Source: a virus
Direction: 5' to 3' (one strand)
Length of the DNA stretch: 64,000 bases
Virus record (IMG/VR): IMGVR_UViG_3300025151_003852
Location: 64,170-128,169 of that record
The position numbers and the translations under genes were made by a program. Numbering within the stretch: the first letter of the stretch is position 1; each line of letters starts with the position of its first letter. Shown here piece by piece: positions 40,890 to 50,553 of the stretch. The notes below the pieces were generated by a model that was given only the letters and a program-made list of their open reading frames with translations, did no database searches and was not told where the DNA came from.

Positions 40890-41168
40890 ATGGCGAAATT
40901 AAGCCGCAAAGGAGATAAAAACACTACAGGTGGAAAAATTCTCAAAGGTTCAGAAACTGTCTTTGCAGAAGGAAAACCAGTAGGTCTTCATGTTAGTGAA
41001 ATTTCTCCACATGATCCTAAGCCAAATGAAAAGCCTCATAAAAATGCAAAGACAACTGAAGGTAGTCCCACAGTATTTTGCGAAGGTAAACCCGTACTCA
41101 GAGTAGGGTCTGGAAACGATTGTAAACATAAAATCGTAGAAGGTGCAGAAACGGTCTTTGTCCCGTAG
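40890..41168 (+). CDS. PAAR-domain spike tip protein (gp5.4-like)
   Basis: R.GD....G....GS.TVF.EGKPV repeats with His/Cys ligands. Confidence 0.85.
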   Translation: MAKLSRKGDKNTTGGKILKGSETVFAEGKPVGLHVSEISPHDPKPNEKPHKNAKTTEGSPTVFCEGKPVLRVGSGNDCKHKIVEGAETVFVP

Positions 41169-41176
41169 GATAACAT

Positions 41177-44100
41177 ATGGCAGATACAGGTAAACAAAGT
41201 CCTTTAGGTCAAAATGTATTAGGCGGTCTCTTACAAAATAGATGTCTTAGAATCAACCCCAATGCCCAATTCTTCATGGGTATTAGTAGATCAAACACAG
41301 AGTATCAGTTTGGTGCATTAGTTCAGAATACCGTGCTTAGAATGCTTGTATGGGCTATTAATGATGCTTATTTAAGGGGTGTAGTGGGAAGTGGCACATA
41401 CAACAATCTTATTTCTATTAATGGTTATGGTACATGTTATGCATTAGGAAATGCAAAACCTCCCACATACATAGCAGAAGATGCCTCAGAATCTTGGGCA
41501 GGAAAAACACAATACTCATCTGACTGTAAAGCAGTAGAATTTGCTCAATCAAAAGGCGTAGTAGGCGCACTACCTGGTCCTGCAAATGCAGGATATTCCG
41601 TAACTGGCACCACAGATTACGGACAACAAGCAACTTGGTTACCTTACAATATGTCAAATCCAAACAGTAGTATTACTCAATGGGGTTGGATTAGATGTCA
41701 TGCTCTACAAGCACACAATGAATTTAATTGGCATGCAAAAGAAGGCAATGAAGGACAAGCAGTTCCTAGATATGAAGATTTTTTAGGTTCGTTTAACGAA
41801 GCATATAGTTTTATACAATATAATAATAGAACAATTTCTACAGCACAAAATGCTGAGGAGTTTTTAGAAGGATCATTTAGTAACATGAATGATCTAATTA
41901 CAGGAGATGTAACAGGTGTATCTTTATATACACAGGGTCTAGCAAGTGACTTACAAACTTTACAGAAAATCTTTGATTTTAAACGACTAGATCGATTTGG
42001 ATTCCCTTCAACATTGCTACAGCAATTATATGAACATGGCGGATTAACAACAGATTTAAATTTAGCCTTAGGAGCATCTGGCCTTGAAGAAAGAGAAATT
42101 AGAAGTTTATCCAGAGCAAACGATCACGGCACAGCAGAACAAGAAAGAAAAATATATACTGCATTTTTATCTATAACCGGAGAAAATTTAAAAGTCTGTT
42201 TATCAGCATTAACCAATAGTAGATTTATGTTGGCGACCAGGCTCGACCCAGATTATAATGATTCCATGACATTACGTACATTAGCAGATTGTTTAAATCC
42301 ATGGTATCTATTTTTTAACAGCAGACAAACTCTTACGACGCCTCTATATAATACATCAGAAAATGAATTGAATGTAACAGGTTCTAAAACATATTATCTA
42401 ATTTATAATAATGATTTTTTTCCAGAGAAATCAGAATCTGCAGGGGTAAATCCTGCACTTGGCACCGATACACTGAGAACCCGCGTTGGTACATTAGTTA
42501 CAAAAGGAGCGCCTAATCCTAATGAGGCATCGGCGAGTGATACACCTAACTTTGTAGCACCTAGAGGATATGATTCATACTTAGGTCAACCAAATGAAAT
42601 TTTACCTGAGGCTATCGGACTAGCCGCAGGCGCATTAAGATATGCTTTCCTACAGATTAGTAATATCGAACAGATTACTCCCGGTAAATTAGGCAATTGC
42701 CTTCAAAACTTAGAACTGATGGAAAATGATACTGGTCTTGCCACTGCTAACACTGGAGGAGTTCAAGGAGTCTCATTACAAAAACCTGTAGATCCTTTGT
42801 TAGTAGATGAAATACAAGAGCAAATGGGATTAGGATCTAATGTAGGCGGCAATTACAGAATGGATGACTTTTTAGGTAATATGTCAGGTAATCCATATAA
42901 CTGGGCTAAGTTGTATAGTTTTCTTGCAGGAGAAGATGAAATACAAAACGTTACTGCTTCTGCAGGATCTTCAGATTTGGCTGCTATCTATCAACAATTG
43001 TTTTTAGCAGTATCTTGGGAACCTGCCGCAATTACTTTAGAATTAGAGTATACGTGTATCAACTCGGGACCTGGTACTCGGCCAGCAATAGAAAACGCAT
43101 CCAACCCAGATTATCAACCGGATCCTGCACTACCAGATTATAATCCTTATCTCTATGAACTTGTAGATCCGTCTACTGGTCTTCCCTATGATCCTAAACA
43201 ATATACAAATAATCAATGGCAACCTTCACTGTGGGCACCGGGTTATAGAATTAAACCAAGTAACGGTGAGTATAACCCACTAACTAATGACGGTGGAGGA
43301 TATGGTAGGGGCGGCGCACCAGATCCAGCAGTCACTATTAATTACACAACATTTAATTCAGAAGGATCAAGTATTAAGATTAGTGGTATAGGTAGAAACG
43401 ATGCAGAGACAGGTAGCAATGGCGCCGGCAGATTCGGACGTTGTTTGTCCGCAGAAGTTTACGGCGGTTCCCCTACTTATTTTGCTACGGGCGTCCCCGG
43501 CGCAAATTGGGAAGGTTCTGGTATCCCACAACCAACTGATCCGCCTGTTGGATATGAAAATCCAGGTGGTATTTTTCCTAACTTCCAAGATTCAAATCCA
43601 GGATACGGTGGTCCTGTTGCTAACGTAGATGTTTTTGCAGAACCTGAATATCCCCCAATAGGCACTTATAATTGGAGACCTGCAACCGGTGCAACAAATT
43701 CACCTTATGGATCTAGTTATAATTATAATTCTGTTACTCAATATTATATTAATGCGGCTAACAGTGAAATTTATTCTATATCTCGTAATTCACCTAATGC
43801 AATACGAGAAGTAAATGTTATTTGGGAAATTTGCGGTAAACAAATGAAGGTAGAGCAACGTAGTAGATATAATGCTTTGGGTAGAGTAGAAATTCCTCGT
43901 GACCCGTTTACATACACCAACCAAGACTTGGTATCATTTGTAGATAGTATGCCTGATTATTCTGACTTTAAAACAGGACTTCAAGGAAGAGATACTATAG
44001 AACTTATTATTAAAAGAGATTGTGATGTTGGGCAAAATATTATGGCTCAAATGAGACAAGAAAGAAATGAAAAGGCTCTTTCAAATTGTGGCATACCTAT

Positions 44101-44599
44101 TAATAATAATATTGCAGACAGAATTGCGCCTTCTACAATACGAACATTGGTTACAAATGGTACAGTACCAGGTGCACAAGAAGGAGTTGTAATCGGTGAT
44201 ACTGAATGGGTGAATCCTGGTTGGCCCGATCTTTCACCTCCAGGGGGTGTAACAGTGCAACCACCGGGTGTAGTAGATAACGGAGTTACTTTAACTCCTC
44301 TATCAGGTTCGGAGCCTGGAGATTTTACTCCTTTGTTTACACAGGTACAATACCCAGTTATAGGACCAGTAATATCAGTTGGTCCACCTTCTATAATCGA
44401 TAGACCACCAAATGAGGGTAATGAAGGAGAACCCGGAGGAGGAGAATTTGAACCCGGCGAAGGTGGCGGTGGTGCAAACTCAGGTGGCGGAACCCCCGGA
44501 GGTCCAAATAATCCGTTTGTTCCCCCTCAAAATGTCGATAGTGCAATCGAACAAGTTATTCATTGTAATTGTGATTGTTGGGACCTAATTGGAGCCTAA
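41177..44599 (+). CDS. Large hypothetical protein, probably virion-associated, 1140 aa
   Basis: Follows PAAR gene; Pro/Gly-rich C-terminal half ending in CNCDCWD. Confidence 0.55.
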   Translation: MADTGKQSPLGQNVLGGLLQNRCLRINPNAQFFMGISRSNTEYQFGALVQNTVLRMLVWAINDAYLRGVVGSGTYNNLISINGYGTCYALGNAKPPTYIAEDASESWAGKTQYSSDCKAVEFAQSKGVVGALPGPANAGYSVTGTTDYGQQATWLPYNMSNPNSSITQWGWIRCHALQAHNEFNWHAKEGNEGQAVPRYEDFLGSFNEAYSFIQYNNRTISTAQNAEEFLEGSFSNMNDLITGDVTGVSLYTQGLASDLQTLQKIFDFKRLDRFGFPSTLLQQLYEHGGLTTDLNLALGASGLEEREIRSLSRANDHGTAEQERKIYTAFLSITGENLKVCLSALTNSRFMLATRLDPDYNDSMTLRTLADCLNPWYLFFNSRQTLTTPLYNTSENELNVTGSKTYYLIYNNDFFPEKSESAGVNPALGTDTLRTRVGTLVTKGAPNPNEASASDTPNFVAPRGYDSYLGQPNEILPEAIGLAAGALRYAFLQISNIEQITPGKLGNCLQNLELMENDTGLATANTGGVQGVSLQKPVDPLLVDEIQEQMGLGSNVGGNYRMDDFLGNMSGNPYNWAKLYSFLAGEDEIQNVTASAGSSDLAAIYQQLFLAVSWEPAAITLELEYTCINSGPGTRPAIENASNPDYQPDPALPDYNPYLYELVDPSTGLPYDPKQYTNNQWQPSLWAPGYRIKPSNGEYNPLTNDGGGYGRGGAPDPAVTINYTTFNSEGSSIKISGIGRNDAETGSNGAGRFGRCLSAEVYGGSPTYFATGVPGANWEGSGIPQPTDPPVGYENPGGIFPNFQDSNPGYGGPVANVDVFAEPEYPPIGTYNWRPATGATNSPYGSSYNYNSVTQYYINAANSEIYSISRNSPNAIREVNVIWEICGKQMKVEQRSRYNALGRVEIPRDPFTYTNQDLVSFVDSMPDYSDFKTGLQGRDTIELIIKRDCDVGQNIMAQMRQERNEKALSNCGIPINNNIADRIAPSTIRTLVTNGTVPGAQEGVVIGDTEWVNPGWPDLSPPGGVTVQPPGVVDNGVTLTPLSGSEPGDFTPLFTQVQYPVIGPVISVGPPSIIDRPPNEGNEGEPGGGEFEPGEGGGGANSGGGTPGGPNNPFVPPQNVDSAIEQVIHCNCDCWDLIGA

Positions 44600-44618
44600 A
44601 ACTTTTTCTGCCTACCCC

Positions 44619-44647
44619 TTGACTCGTATTAAATATTAGTATACAAT
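44619..44647 (+). promoter_or_regulatory. Sigma70-type promoter for metK
   Basis: TTGACT-N17-TACAAT. Confidence 0.65.
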
Positions 44648-44663
44648 ATACTAAAGGACATAT

Positions 44664-45797
44664 ATGAGTTATTATTTTACTAGTGAAAGTGTCTCAGAAG
44701 GGCACCCAGATAAAGTTGCAGATGCAATTAGTGATGCTATACTTGATTCGTTTATGCAACACAGAGATCCTACTTTGCGTTGTGCATGTGAAACACTTGT
44801 AACTACAAATAAAGTAGTAGTTGCAGGAGAATACAAAGGAGCAATTGATAGTTTAGATGTTGAATATCTTGTACGTAGAGTCGTTAAGAATATCGGCTAC
44901 GAACAAGAAGGCTTTCATTGGAAACACTTAGACATTCAAAATTTGTTACATGGTCAATCTCCTGATATTGCATTAGGCACAGACACATTTGGCGCAGGTG
45001 ATCAAGGCATCATGTTTGGTTATGCAACAAAAGACACAGAAACATATATGCCCGCACCTTTGTATTATTCTCATAGAATTGTAGAAATGCTGTCATATGT
45101 GAGAAAACAAGGAATTCTTCCTTGGTTAGGTCCTGATTCTAAGTCACAAGTCACTGTAGAATACAATGACGATAACACAGTTAAACGTATCGATAAAGTA
45201 GTTTGTTCTACTCAGCATGTCGATCAGGTCGATATAGAGACTGTGAGGGCACAAATACAAGAAGTAATTCAGAAAACATTACCAGAAGAACTTTTAGATG
45301 AAAACACGCAATACTTAATTAATCCAACAGGTAGATTCGTCATTGGTGGACCTGACGGAGATTCAGGTCTAACTGGTAGAAAGATTATAGTAGATACATA
45401 TGGTGGTATGGCACCTCACGGGGGAGGAGCATTTAGTGGAAAAGACCCGTCTAAAGTAGATAGATCAGCGGCGTATATGGCTCGTTATCTTGCAAAGAAT
45501 ATCGTAGCAAGTGGACAAGCAGACTGGGCTAACATTCAGTTAAGTTATGCAATTGGAGTAGAACAGCCTACTAGTGTTTACGTAGAAAGTGACAGAGATA
45601 GCAGAGATTTAACTAAATGGATCACAGATAATGTAGACTTATCACCTAAAGGTATCATTGATAGATTTGACTTATTCACTCCTATATATGGTGCGACTAC
45701 TAATTACGGTCACTTCGGTAAAGATTACTTACCTTGGGAAAGACTTGATTTGTTCCCAGAAGAAAAGCCAAAGAAGAAAACAGTTAAGAATAAATAG
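44664..45797 (+). CDS. metK: S-adenosylmethionine synthetase
   Basis: FTSESVSEGHPDK, GAGDQG, GGGAFSGKDPSKVDRS. Confidence 0.97.
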   Translation: MSYYFTSESVSEGHPDKVADAISDAILDSFMQHRDPTLRCACETLVTTNKVVVAGEYKGAIDSLDVEYLVRRVVKNIGYEQEGFHWKHLDIQNLLHGQSPDIALGTDTFGAGDQGIMFGYATKDTETYMPAPLYYSHRIVEMLSYVRKQGILPWLGPDSKSQVTVEYNDDNTVKRIDKVVCSTQHVDQVDIETVRAQIQEVIQKTLPEELLDENTQYLINPTGRFVIGGPDGDSGLTGRKIIVDTYGGMAPHGGGAFSGKDPSKVDRSAAYMARYLAKNIVASGQADWANIQLSYAIGVEQPTSVYVESDRDSRDLTKWITDNVDLSPKGIIDRFDLFTPIYGATTNYGHFGKDYLPWERLDLFPEEKPKKKTVKNK

Positions 45798-45862
45798 AAT
45801 TAGACAAAGGAGTCTAATTATGAATCAGACTATCAAAGTAGTATCAACGAGAGTTGGTACTC

Positions 45863-46243
45863 ATGGCTTATAGTGATAAAGTATTAGATCATTACGAAAA
45901 TCCTCGCAATGTAGGTAAAATGGATGATAACGACTCAGATGTGGGTACGGGCATGGTAGGTGCTCCCGCATGTGGAGATGTTATGAGATTGCAAATCAAA
46001 GTAAATGACGAAGGAGTTATTGAAGATGCTAAGTTTAAAACGTATGGGTGCGGGTCTGCAATTGCATCAAGTAGTCTCCTCACAGAATGGGTCAAAGGAC
46101 AAACCCTCGAACAAGCAGAAACAATTAGAAATACTGAAATCGCGGAAGAACTCGCACTCCCCCCGGTCAAGATCCACTGTTCGGTATTAGCAGAAGATGC
46201 AATCAAAGCCGCAGTCAACGATTACAGAACAAAACAGCAGTAG
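45863..46243 (+). CDS. iscU: Fe-S cluster scaffold protein
   Basis: MAYSDKVLDHYENPRNVG, GAPACGDVM, FKTYGCGSAIASSS, LPPVKIHCS. Confidence 0.97.
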   Translation: MAYSDKVLDHYENPRNVGKMDDNDSDVGTGMVGAPACGDVMRLQIKVNDEGVIEDAKFKTYGCGSAIASSSLLTEWVKGQTLEQAETIRNTEIAEELALPPVKIHCSVLAEDAIKAAVNDYRTKQQ

Positions 46244-46403
46244 ATCTCCTTGTAAAGGCATATGTAATTTAGACTTTGAAACACATCAAGTATGTCAAGG
46301 TTGCGGAAGAACAATAGATGAAATTGCTAATTGGTCGATATATACTAATGAAGACAAAATGCTAATAAATGAAAAAGCAACCCAACGATTACAAGGATTT
46401 TAA
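46197..46403 (+). CDS. DUF1289-like small Cys-rich (putative Fe-S) protein
   Basis: SPC.GIC.LD.....C.GCGRT.DEI..W. Confidence 0.75.
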   Translation: MQSKPQSTITEQNSSRSPCKGICNLDFETHQVCQGCGRTIDEIANWSIYTNEDKMLINEKATQRLQGF

Positions 46404-47346
46404 AACAGAAATGGATATGACTCCCAAAGGCTTCGGTTTACCAAAAAAACTTTGGAGACAACTATTAAAGTATCGTAACAGAACAGTAGATAAATGTGCA
46501 TCTGATGAAATGTTCAGTAAGATGCCATTCTATAACGCATACATGCAACTACATCCAGTCAGAGATTTTCAATACACATTCAATTCATGGGGATTTCGTG
46601 CTGACTACAACTATGAAGATTTAAACGTAGACGGTAAAAAAGCAAAAATCATACTAGCAATCGGTGATAGTTTTACTATGAATGTTGGTGGACCGTTAGA
46701 ACATAGTTGGCCTAGTCAGTTACAAGAACGTTGTAATATTCCAATTCTTAACGGTGGAGTAGATGGCTTAGGTCCTGACTCTTATCATCTTATCGTAGAC
46801 AAAATGAGAAAGTACTTTGATGTACAACATACATTTTGTTTGTTTAACTTACACGGCGGAGCCTCAGCAGATCAACTTGCAGATGCTAATTCTACAGAAC
46901 AAAAAATACATATCTTAAAAGAATATGAGTGGCCAGTTGGATCTGAAATTGCATTTATCCCACCTTGGTGCTGGAACCCTGACATGCGAAAAATTTTGTT
47001 ATCGCATTTTCCAGATGCATTTGATTATATGAGACAAATTCCACTAGTATGGAAAGATATACCTTATGAAGTGTTTATGTTAATGGCACAGCAAGACTAT
47101 CAAACATACTCTAACAGCAATTGGCCTTCATTAGATGCTATCTATACACAATTAGCAGGGCATAATCACATGGACAACATGTTAAGTGATGTAGATAGAC
47201 ACTTTTTTATGAAACAACTTAGTGAAAGATGCGGTGGATATGCCTATCGCAATAGAGACTTTAGACATATGAGTGAACAAACTAACGGGTTTGTTGCTGA
47301 TTATTTTTACGAGAAACTAGATCCAAAATTTATAAAACTTAGATAG
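46369..47346 (+). CDS. SGNH/GDSL-like protein
   Basis: FNSWGFR, AIGDSFT, SWP, N.G..G, C-terminal RD..H. Confidence 0.55.
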   Translation: MKKQPNDYKDFKTEMDMTPKGFGLPKKLWRQLLKYRNRTVDKCASDEMFSKMPFYNAYMQLHPVRDFQYTFNSWGFRADYNYEDLNVDGKKAKIILAIGDSFTMNVGGPLEHSWPSQLQERCNIPILNGGVDGLGPDSYHLIVDKMRKYFDVQHTFCLFNLHGGASADQLADANSTEQKIHILKEYEWPVGSEIAFIPPWCWNPDMRKILLSHFPDAFDYMRQIPLVWKDIPYEVFMLMAQQDYQTYSNSNWPSLDAIYTQLAGHNHMDNMLSDVDRHFFMKQLSERCGGYAYRNRDFRHMSEQTNGFVADYFYEKLDPKFIKLR

Positions 47347-47366
47347 TTAATAAGGGGACATATCTA

Positions 47367-47486
47367 ATGAGTGCAAGACGTAGGTTTTCAAATCGGTTGC
47401 GTTCCAACCAACAAAGGAATCGTAGAGTTCAGTTATTGAATAAAAAGAAAGAAAATAAAACGGTGATTAAGTTAAAAGAATCTTAA
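47367..47486 (+). CDS. 39-aa basic micro-protein
   Basis: MSARRRFSNRLRSNQQRNRRVQLLNKKKENKTVIKLKES*; AAGGGG RBS. Confidence 0.4.
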   Translation: MSARRRFSNRLRSNQQRNRRVQLLNKKKENKTVIKLKES

Positions 47487-47572
47487 TTCTCTAAAGGACA
47501 CACTCTGTTCCAAACTTTATGGATTCTTCCTGCCTTCATTATTTTATGTAATTTTTTGTATAATCTTATCAT
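47483..47572 (-). CDS. 29-aa basic micro-protein
   Basis: MIRLYKKLHKIMKAGRIHKVWNRVCPLEN*; AGGT RBS-like site upstream. Confidence 0.35.
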   Translation of the reverse strand: MIRLYKKLHKIMKAGRIHKVWNRVCPLEN

Positions 47573-47705
47573 ATGTGTACCTATTGTGTCAGTTATGTTA
47601 CAAAATTGTGACATATAAGTATATATGCCTTTTGGCACCAAAAAAATATTTTTACTCTTTATAAATCAAGTAAATACTACACAATAACTTATTTAGGAGA
47701 ACATA

Positions 47706-48227
47706 TTGAAAACAGTAGGAGAAAAATTTCCCGCATTCTCACTTCCGGGAATCGATGAAAATAATGAATTTGTCACAGTAAATATCGAAGAAGGGTATAC
47801 ACCACACAAAAAAGATTGGTCTGTAGTTTATTTTTATCCCAAAGACTTTACTTTTATTTGTCCAACTGAAATTGCAGGTATGGATGTTTTAACAGAACAT
47901 GCTAATGTAATTGGAATCAGTGGTGACAATGAGTTCTGCAAGTTAGCATGGAAAAAAGATAACGCATTAATAGGTGATATCAAACATGTCTTGGCTGCCG
48001 ACTGTGGACTTGGTTTATCGCACACACTAGGTATTGTTAATGAAGAAGCAGGTGTTGCATATCGTGCAACGTTTATCTTTGATAAAGAAAGAACTATCCA
48101 GCATGTTTCAATCAATGCTTTGGATACCGGCAGAAATGCAGATGAAGTATTAAGAACACTTAAAGCATTACAAGCAGGTGGATTAACTGGTTGTGCTTGG
48201 GACGAAGGCGACGAATTACTAGGCTAA
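47706..48227 (+). CDS. ahpC: Peroxiredoxin (AhpC/TSA family)
   Basis: YFYPKDFTFICPTEI, GRNADEVLR; TTG start with AGGAG RBS. Confidence 0.92.
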   Translation: MKTVGEKFPAFSLPGIDENNEFVTVNIEEGYTPHKKDWSVVYFYPKDFTFICPTEIAGMDVLTEHANVIGISGDNEFCKLAWKKDNALIGDIKHVLAADCGLGLSHTLGIVNEEAGVAYRATFIFDKERTIQHVSINALDTGRNADEVLRTLKALQAGGLTGCAWDEGDELLG

Positions 48228-48235
48228 AATAAATC

Positions 48236-48325
48236 GGAAGATTGGCAGAGTGGTTGAATGCACTGGTCTTGAAAACCAGCATACGAGAGATCGTATCGAA
48301 GGTTCGAATCCTTCATCTTCCGCCA
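48236..48325 (+). tRNA. tRNA-Ser(TGA)
   Basis: Acceptor GGAAGAT/ATCTTCC, anticodon stem CTGGT-CTTGAAA-ACCAG, long variable arm, GGTTCGAATCC, encoded CCA. Confidence 0.95.
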
Positions 48326-48877
48326 TCACTTGTGACCAATTAACATAAATCTATTATAACTAGAACTCCCGTAGTCGAAATATTTTGTTTCTGAGTATAG
48401 GAGTTCTGACATTTGAAATCTCTCTTTTAATACTTCTATAGACGGACAAGGGTTCGATATTAGCCACGGGTCTCTGTGTTCTGTAACATCACTAGACTGA
48501 ATACATACTAATGCATTTGGGTCAACATTAGCATACCAGTCATCTTTCATATGCTCTACACTACAGTTAATTACTACGTTATGTCCTTGCAAATCGTAGG
48601 TATCTGCGTTTGCACATGTGTTTCTAATCTGTGAGTTTCTGCCTAACATAAAGCCCTGACATAGCATATCAGCGCCTCTAATCGCCTCTGAGTCAATATC
48701 TATGCCTAAGATGTGTTGATACTTGTTTTTATTACGAGTTAAAAGCATAAAACCTAATAAATTATACCAGCACCCAGGCACTGCAACTACAGCATCTTTT
48801 GGTATATACGGTTCGATAGTTTCACACAACCAAAGTTTAGATTGTGTTTGACCATGTGAGAAAGATAATAGATCCAT
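48326..48877 (-). CDS. Class I SAM-dependent methyltransferase-like protein
   Basis: GQ..SKLWL, G.WY, GIDID, VINCS.EH, RFMLIG. Confidence 0.7.
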   Translation of the reverse strand: MDLLSFSHGQTQSKLWLCETIEPYIPKDAVVAVPGCWYNLLGFMLLTRNKNKYQHILGIDIDSEAIRGADMLCQGFMLGRNSQIRNTCANADTYDLQGHNVVINCSVEHMKDDWYANVDPNALVCIQSSDVTEHRDPWLISNPCPSIEVLKERFQMSELLYSETKYFDYGSSSYNRFMLIGHK

Positions 48878-48904
48878 AATACTATTTAATGGGTAAAAAA
48901 ACCG

Positions 48905-48933
48905 TTGACAAAAAATAATGATGCTGATATAAT
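48905..48933 (+). promoter_or_regulatory. Strong sigma70 promoter for tRNA cluster
   Basis: TTGACA-N17-TATAAT with extended -10 TG; ACTAAATA follows at 48938. Confidence 0.85.
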
Positions 48934-48956
48934 GACTACTAAATATATGAACAAAT

Positions 48957-49032
48957 GCTCCAGTAACTCAGTTGGTAGAGTAACTGATTTGTAATCAGTA
49001 GGTCGGCGGTTCGAATCCGTCCTGGAGCTCCA
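48957..49032 (+). tRNA. tRNA-Thr(TGT)
   Basis: GCTCCAG/CTGGAGC acceptor, ACTGA-TTTGTAA-TCAGT, encoded CCA. Confidence 0.95.
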
Positions 49033-49049
49033 TATTTTAGAGGGAAAGT

Positions 49050-49262
49050 TTGAACCTTACAGAGAAGATTAATGATAGAATGGATCAATTGCAAGCCTGG
49101 ATGGAGAGCAATTATCACTTAAATCATGCAGAAGAAGTCTACGAACACACTCTTAATATCAGTAAGTTTTGGTCTGTTTTATCAGAAGAAGACAGAGAAT
49201 ATATACAGTGTGCCCAAGATGCTATCGAAGAATCTACTCCATGGGGAGATCCAAATAAATGA
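49050..49262 (+). CDS. Hypothetical protein between tRNAs
   Basis: 70 aa, TTG start with GAGGG RBS. Confidence 0.55.
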   Translation: MNLTEKINDRMDQLQAWMESNYHLNHAEEVYEHTLNISKFWSVLSEEDREYIQCAQDAIEESTPWGDPNK

Positions 49263-49265
49263 AAG

Positions 49266-49341
49266 GGGGCCGTAGTTCAGTTGGGAGAACGTCTGGTTTG
49301 CAACCAGAAGGTCGGCGGTTCGACCCCGCCCGGCTCCACCA
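49266..49341 (+). tRNA. tRNA-Ala(TGC)
   Basis: GGGGCCG/CGGCTCC acceptor with G3-U70, TCTGG-TTTGCAA-CCAGA, encoded CCA. Confidence 0.95.
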
Positions 49342-49357
49342 GTGTTCAAAAAGTTTT

Positions 49358-49444
49358 GCCCGAGTGGTGGAATTGGTAGACACAAGGGACTTAAAATCCC
49401 TCGACCTTACGGTCATGCCGGTTCAAGTCCGGCCTCGGGTACCA
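49358..49444 (+). tRNA. tRNA-Leu(TAA)
   Basis: GCCCGAG/CTCGGGT acceptor, AGGGA-CTTAAAA-TCCCT, variable arm, encoded CCA. Confidence 0.95.
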
Positions 49445-49449
49445 ATCAC

Positions 49450-50163
49450 ATGTTAAAAGAAAAAGTAATACAAGTCAATCATTGGTCTGATCGCACATTT
49501 AGTTTTAGAACAACTAGAAGTGAATCGTTCAGATTTAACTCAGGTGAGTTTGCAATGATTGGACAAGAAATAGACGGTAAAAATGTATTACGTGCTTATA
49601 GTATCGTCAGTCCTGATTGGGCTGATTACTTAGAATTTCTAAGTATTAAAAATGTAGGGCCTTTAACTAATCAACTTAGTACAGTAGAAGAAGGTGCAGA
49701 AGTACTGTTGCTTCCAAAATGTACTGGAACATTGCGTGATACTTTTCTTACTGAAGGTGGTAAGAGATTAGTATTGTTAGCAACAGGAACAGGTCTTGCT
49801 CCTTTCATGTCAACTATAAGAGATATTAATTTAGTAGAAGCCTATGATAAAATTCATTTAGTTCATAGTGTAAGAAACAGAGACGATCTTGCATATTGGT
49901 ATGAACTACTATCTGCATTTGAAGACGAACCTGATCTGCATGAGTTACTAAGATATAAATTAGAATACACTTCACTAGTTACAGGAGAAGGAGATCAACG
50001 TATAGATGCAAGATTTATACAAGCAGATGATCGGGTAATGGCATGTGGTAATTTACAGTTTAATTATGATGTCGTTGAATGGTGTAAAGCATTAGGCATG
50101 ACTGAAGGATCAAATAGAGAGCCTGGCCAATTCGTTATTGAAAAAGCATTCGTGGATCAATAG
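49450..50163 (+). CDS. fpr: Ferredoxin/flavodoxin-NADP+ reductase
   Basis: RAYSI, GPLT, LATGTGLAPF, MACG, EKAFVD; start reassigned to 49450 because the track start overlaps tRNA-Leu. Confidence 0.9.
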   Translation: MLKEKVIQVNHWSDRTFSFRTTRSESFRFNSGEFAMIGQEIDGKNVLRAYSIVSPDWADYLEFLSIKNVGPLTNQLSTVEEGAEVLLLPKCTGTLRDTFLTEGGKRLVLLATGTGLAPFMSTIRDINLVEAYDKIHLVHSVRNRDDLAYWYELLSAFEDEPDLHELLRYKLEYTSLVTGEGDQRIDARFIQADDRVMACGNLQFNYDVVEWCKALGMTEGSNREPGQFVIEKAFVDQ

Positions 50164-50168
50164 CCAAT

Positions 50169-50194
50169 AAAAAGCAGACCGAAGTCTGCTTTTT
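50169..50194. terminator. Bidirectional terminator
   Basis: AAAAAGCAGAC-CGAA-GTCTGCTTTTT between convergent genes. Confidence 0.85.
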
Positions 50195-50206
50195 AATATT
50201 CTAAAT

Positions 50207-50428
50207 TTACTCTTTTGTAAATAAATGAATTAGTATGATTGCTACTAATAGTCCAACTAGTCCGGCATCGCCTAGAGTGTTGACTAAGTTTAGCAATCCG
50301 CCGACAACATCAGTACCTAATAGGTCACCGAATAATATGCCTGCTAAAACACCAAGACCTAAGAGTCCCATAAAGATGTTTGTTAGTCCTTTGACCACGT
50401 CATTGACTATTGAGATTACATTATTCAT
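50207..50428 (-). CDS. Small two-TM membrane protein
   Basis: Gly/Leu-rich hydrophobic segments; GAGGAGG RBS. Confidence 0.7.
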   Translation of the reverse strand: MNNVISIVNDVVKGLTNIFMGLLGLGVLAGILFGDLLGTDVVGGLLNLVNTLGDAGLVGLLVAIILIHLFTKE

Positions 50429-50553
50429 ATTGAGTCCTCCTCAAATGTTTTGCATTATTGCATTTCCTCACTAATATTTAGTGGATTTAAGGGTGTTTAT
50501 AAAGAAGTATACTTAAATCCTTGGATTAACAAGGAAAAAACGGGTAAAAAATG

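Noticed and set aside
49182-49456. ORFs 49182-49385, 49234-49416, 49259-49456 and the N-terminal extension of fpr from 49342
   Set aside because: They overlap complete tRNA-Ala and tRNA-Leu genes
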